From IMG/VR virus record IMGVR_UViG_3300046003_003664: a stretch of 20,000 nucleotides of DNA; one strand, 5' to 3'. Below the pieces are notes generated by a model. That model saw only the letters and a list, made by a program, of their open reading frames with translations. It was not told the DNA's origin and did not search any database. A program made the translations under genes and the position numbers. Within the stretch, counting starts at the first letter, position 1. Each line of letters starts with the position of its first letter. Positions 16,763-20,000 of this stretch are shown piece by piece. Origin of the DNA: an uncultured virus (IMG/VR IMGVR_UViG_3300046003_003664) (Duplodnaviria; Heunggongvirae; Uroviricota; Caudoviricetes).

Positions 16763-17451
16763 CTTTGAGTACCTTGTATTGTAAATACCTTATCTTTACC
16801 TTTAGAATTTTTATATGGCATCTCGTGTCTTACTTTTGGCATTGTATCAAAAAATGTCTTAATCTTCTTTATGACATCAGCGTGCAAACTTTCAATAAAT
16901 TCATCAACCTGTTTCTTTGTAAAATCTTTGAAGTTATATACTTCATTTTCTGATGCTAACATGTCAATGCATGAAATTAGAATTTCATAACTTTTCTCTG
17001 GTGATAAATCTTGTTTATCTAAAATTTCTGTAAAATCATCTATAGAAGGATATTTTAGAAAAATTGTATATTTTTCATCTAATGATATTTTATTTGTATG
17101 CTTTTCATCTCTATAGACTTTTACATTTTGAAGATCTAAAGTCAATTTTATTTTTTCTTGTGTATCTGGATCGTCAATTTCAAATTCTACATTATTATCA
17201 ACAGATCTTGATCTGATATTAATAAGTAAATACTCAAGATCAAATAGTGCTAATTTATCTACATCATAATCTTGTATACAATTATTTACAATTTGTTTAA
17301 TTGCCATAATAATCTGTTCTGGATCTTTAGATTGCTGCGCAGTCAAAAGAATTTTTTCTTCTTTGACAGTGAATGGTCTATATTGAACTTTCTTTCCATT
17401 AGAAGGAAGTATTAATTCATAAAGTGGTAACTCAATTTTTGGTAGTGACAT
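16750..17451 (-). CDS. gp26: Baseplate hub assembly protein (T4 gp26-like)
   Basis: MSLPKIELPLYELILPSNGKKVQYRPFTVKEEKILL, FDLEYLLINIRSRSV, LKYPS, FFDTMPK; GGAG RBS. Confidence 0.88.
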   Translation of the reverse strand: MSLPKIELPLYELILPSNGKKVQYRPFTVKEEKILLTAQQSKDPEQIIMAIKQIVNNCIQDYDVDKLALFDLEYLLINIRSRSVDNNVEFEIDDPDTQEKIKLTLDLQNVKVYRDEKHTNKISLDEKYTIFLKYPSIDDFTEILDKQDLSPEKSYEILISCIDMLASENEVYNFKDFTKKQVDEFIESLHADVIKKIKTFFDTMPKVRHEMPYKNSKGKDKVFTIQGTQSFFI

Positions 17452-17464
17452 TTATCTCTCCATG

Positions 17465-18265
17465 TTAAAATAGCCCGCGAAATGTATTAAAGGTATTTTT
17501 TATAGCATTAAAATCATTTCGGACTGTTGTAAAAGTATTTATTGCATCTTGTACTGTTGTTGGTAAGTTTCTTTGTTGGGTATTTTGGCCTCTAAATCCC
17601 ACACTATTTAGTAATTCAAGAGTTCCATTTCCTCTTGATAGATCTGATATTGTAGTACCTGGGTCTGTAGCAGTGAAATCAAACGCGGTGGCATTAAAGG
17701 TTACACCTAATGTTTGGATAGAATCATTAGGAGCCCATGAAAGATTTTTTCCTCCAACTTCTGTTGGAAATACATTAGCAAAATTATAAATATATGTATC
17801 TCCTAATTTGCCATCTGCATTAGTTTTAAAATGATGTATTTCCATTGTACCACAAGCATAGTCTTCCTTATATCCTATTTCATATGGTAGGTGATCCCCG
17901 TTGACCTGTGATAAAGAACCACCATAAATAGTGTTATAATTTATTATCTCTTGCATCCAAGAATGAAAGAATGAAAGTACTCTATGTTCAGAATCTAGCA
18001 TGAACGTGCAATTTATATTAACTGAGGATAAGTTTAGTGGCATTGCTTCAGGTATACCTATTGTATTAGGAGTGTATGATGCAGAATTTATATTCAAAGC
18101 TGGTATTGATACTTCAGAACAAAAGAATCTAAGATCAAATTTATCAATAAAATCAATTTTACGAGTTGGCTTAGACTGTGTTCCAAGTGATACAACAAAT
18201 AAATTTGATTTTGCAGGGCCGCCATACTTATTCATTACTGACTTAAATTCGTTAATATTGAACAT
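17465..18265 (-). CDS. Tail-tube-fold baseplate protein (gp54-like tail tube initiator / gp19 homolog)
   Basis: GGPAKSNLFVV, FCSEVSIP, FFHSWMQEI, YNFANVFPTEVG..LSW, LGVTF; position between gp2 and gp26. Confidence 0.7.
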   Translation of the reverse strand: MFNINEFKSVMNKYGGPAKSNLFVVSLGTQSKPTRKIDFIDKFDLRFFCSEVSIPALNINSASYTPNTIGIPEAMPLNLSSVNINCTFMLDSEHRVLSFFHSWMQEIINYNTIYGGSLSQVNGDHLPYEIGYKEDYACGTMEIHHFKTNADGKLGDTYIYNFANVFPTEVGGKNLSWAPNDSIQTLGVTFNATAFDFTATDPGTTISDLSRGNGTLELLNSVGFRGQNTQQRNLPTTVQDAINTFTTVRNDFNAIKNTFNTFRGLF

Positions 18266-18874
18266 TTATTTTGTTCCTCTTATAATTTTCTGCGAGTCTT
18301 CCCAGACTTTAGTTTGTGTAGCACCTTCAAATCTAGCAATATTCAAGAATAACGCCACATCCCATTCGGATGGGTTTACATAAAGTAATCTACTGCGAAC
18401 ATGACCGAATAGATAATGTTTTACCGCAGGTCTAAATTCTTTGTATTGTGAACTTGCGTTTAAAATATTATATGAAATTTTCATTTTAGTAGTTTCATCA
18501 TATTTATCATTTGATGCTGTATCATAAATGTTATCCATTAATTTAGCTCTCATCTTCAAAGGTAAGTAGTGAAAGTTAATTCCTAGGAATCCACCTTTTG
18601 CTCTATTGATAGGAAATATGAGAGGTACTCTGTCATAATATGGAAGTGTATCTTTATGCTTTGGATCATAATAGAACATATACATTGACCCAATTTGAAA
18701 TTGACCGCTATTTCTAAATCTGTCAGCATCTGCAGTTCTAAAAAATGAAGTCTCATTTACTTTACCGACTTCTTTAGCCTTTTCTCGATACCATACTCGT
18801 GCGGTACTATTACGAGAAGGCATTTGCCCTGCTCGAATACCTTTTAGTAGAATATCATCAAATATTTTAGCCAA
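18266..18874 (-). CDS. gp2: DNA end protector protein
   Basis: GSMYMFYYDPKHKDTLPYYDRVPLIFPI, GFLGINFHYLP, KHYLFGHVRS; TTG start. Confidence 0.92.
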   Translation of the reverse strand: MAKIFDDILLKGIRAGQMPSRNSTARVWYREKAKEVGKVNETSFFRTADADRFRNSGQFQIGSMYMFYYDPKHKDTLPYYDRVPLIFPINRAKGGFLGINFHYLPLKMRAKLMDNIYDTASNDKYDETTKMKISYNILNASSQYKEFRPAVKHYLFGHVRSRLLYVNPSEWDVALFLNIARFEGATQTKVWEDSQKIIRGTK

Positions 18875-18878
18875 GTTC

Positions 18879-19337
18879 TTACCTTATGTTTAAATGTTTT
18901 TCGGTCATTATCTGGAAAATCCAGCCATGAGAACCACAATATTGTCTAGCAGCTTTCCATTTTGCATCATTAATACCAAATGTTTTAACTTCGTTTATGT
19001 ACCGTCTAGAAATTCTACCAGTTGGTGTTTTATTCTTTTTACTTATATCAGGTGGTAGTGTCTGCTTTTCAGGTTTTATCTCAATCATAATAGTTTCAAA
19101 CTTATCAGGACCTACCTTTTTATTTAATATCACATCAGGAAAATATCTATGCATCCTACCGTCAATTGGCGATAAATAAGGAATGGCTAATTCTTCTGAT
19201 TGCCACCAAATTACATCAGGGTGTAAGTCAATAAATTTGAAAAACTTAAGTTCCCATAATGATCTGTATACTATATTGCTCGGATCACCCCGGTATTTTT
19301 GCGGATTAGCCGGTCTAAATCGTCCTTTGTATGCCAT
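18879..19337 (-). CDS. gp4: Head completion protein (TnsA-like nuclease fold)
   Basis: MAYKGRFRPANPQKYRGD, YRSLWELKFF, WQSEE..IPY, HRYFPD, IEIKP, NDAKWKAA, FQIMTE. Start taken as ATG 19337. Confidence 0.95.
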   Translation of the reverse strand: MAYKGRFRPANPQKYRGDPSNIVYRSLWELKFFKFIDLHPDVIWWQSEELAIPYLSPIDGRMHRYFPDVILNKKVGPDKFETIMIEIKPEKQTLPPDISKKNKTPTGRISRRYINEVKTFGINDAKWKAARQYCGSHGWIFQIMTEKHLNIR

Positions 19338-19350
19338 GCCCAACTTTTAA

Positions 19351-19358
19351 TATAAATA
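19351..19358 (+). promoter_or_regulatory. T4-type late promoter for gp48
   Basis: Exact TATAAATA upstream of GTG 19394. Confidence 0.85.
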
Positions 19359-19373
19359 GGTTAAACTCAATTG

Positions 19374-19381
19374 TATTTATA
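19374..19381 (-). promoter_or_regulatory. T4-type late promoter for the gp4-gp2-gp54-gp26-tape measure operon
   Basis: TATTTATA on + is TATAAATA on -. Confidence 0.85.
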
Positions 19382-19393
19382 AGGGATTTCAAG

Positions 19394-20000
19394 GTGACCA
19401 CACCAAGAGAAGAAATACTAAGAAAGAAAGAAGATCTGAATGGAATGTCTGTATTGACATTTCCAAAAAAAGATCAATCTGCGCATTCAATGTTACTTAT
19501 CTTTAAAAAGTATAAGTATCAAAGCCCAGGTACCAGAGGGATAAACAGTGTAGCAGAAAATAATTTCAGCATAGAAGAAATAAGTGGAAATGCTCTCTTA
19601 TTACCTTTGCCTAAAGAAATTAGTGATTCATTTAGAGTCAATATAGGTGAATTTAGTCAAGGTGTATTTGGCGATGCTGTAAGTCAAAGTGCAAGTTATA
19701 TGCTAAATGGGGGTGCTACTCCAAGTTTAGGTGGAATTGCAGAAAATATGGGAGTACCTAGCACACAAACAATGGTAAAGGGGGTTGGTTCAGCTATTGG
19801 TGGAACTCTTGCTTTCTTATCTAGAGGAGCTGGCAAGGCGGGCAAAGCTGGTAAAGGTGCTTCTAGGCTTCAAGATACAGCTGCAGGTAGTTTTATAGGT
19901 TCACAAATAGATGCAGGACAGCTTACAAGTTCGTTGGAGGCAGGTGCGGGTGCTACTGTAAATCCAAAACAAGCACTTCAATTCAAAGGAATTGAAATCC
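19394..20000 (+). CDS. gp48: Baseplate tail tube cap (gp48-like), 5' part; runs off the window and is absent from the ORF track
   Basis: Open frame from GTG 19394: MTTPREEILRKKEDLNGMSVLTFPKK...LLLPLPKEISDSF...GATVNPKQALQFKGIEI. LPLP and NP...F.G motifs; divergent from gp4. Confidence 0.8.
   Translation, partial: MTTPREEILRKKEDLNGMSVLTFPKKDQSAHSMLLIFKKYKYQSPGTRGINSVAENNFSIEEISGNALLLPLPKEISDSFRVNIGEFSQGVFGDAVSQSASYMLNGGATPSLGGIAENMGVPSTQTMVKGVGSAIGGTLAFLSRGAGKAGKAGKGASRLQDTAAGSFIGSQIDAGQLTSSLEAGAGATVNPKQALQFKGIEI

Noticed and set aside
374..19179. Many short (about 60-130 aa) alternative-frame or antisense ORFs in the track, e.g. 374-598, 1367-1735, 5611-5856, 11128-11373, 18000-18383
   Set aside because: They lie within well-supported genes and show no recognisable motifs.
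1..20000. tRNA, rRNA, introns and CRISPR arrays
   Set aside because: Intergenic gaps are all short (about 120 bp or less), and none shows a cloverleaf, a repeat-spacer array or an interrupted conserved gene.

Overview
This window is from a T4-like (Tevenvirinae-type) myophage genome, AT-rich. A proteobacterial host, possibly alphaproteobacterial, is inferred only from the IbpA-type Hsp20 and its ROSE-like leader. On the + strand (1-14200) lie the 3' part of the gp43 DNA polymerase, then a ~9 kb accessory block, then the replication/regulation genes gp45, gp44, gp62, regA, dUTPase and Hsp20. The accessory block holds two small paralogous proteins, three unrelated glycosyltransferases, a nucleotide-sugar epimerase/decarboxylase, a UDP-glucose dehydrogenase, two MazG-like proteins, dCMP deaminase, an amino-methyltransferase and DexA, and it is interrupted by an antisense HNH/NUMOD3 homing endonuclease. 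After a bidirectional terminator, a minus-strand late operon encodes gp4, gp2, a gp54-like protein, gp26, a gp51-like segment and a repeat-rich tape-measure-like protein. Paired TATAAATA late promoters separate it from gp48. Most notable: (1) a likely programmed -1 frameshift (T TTT TTT) fusing gp26 to a start-less gp51-like frame directly upstream of the tape-measure gene, resembling lambda G/GT; (2) a putative sugar-based DNA hypermodification system that makes its own nucleotide sugar; (3) a ROSE-like RNA thermometer before the phage hsp20. All family assignments are from recognising motifs by eye; no database searches were run.
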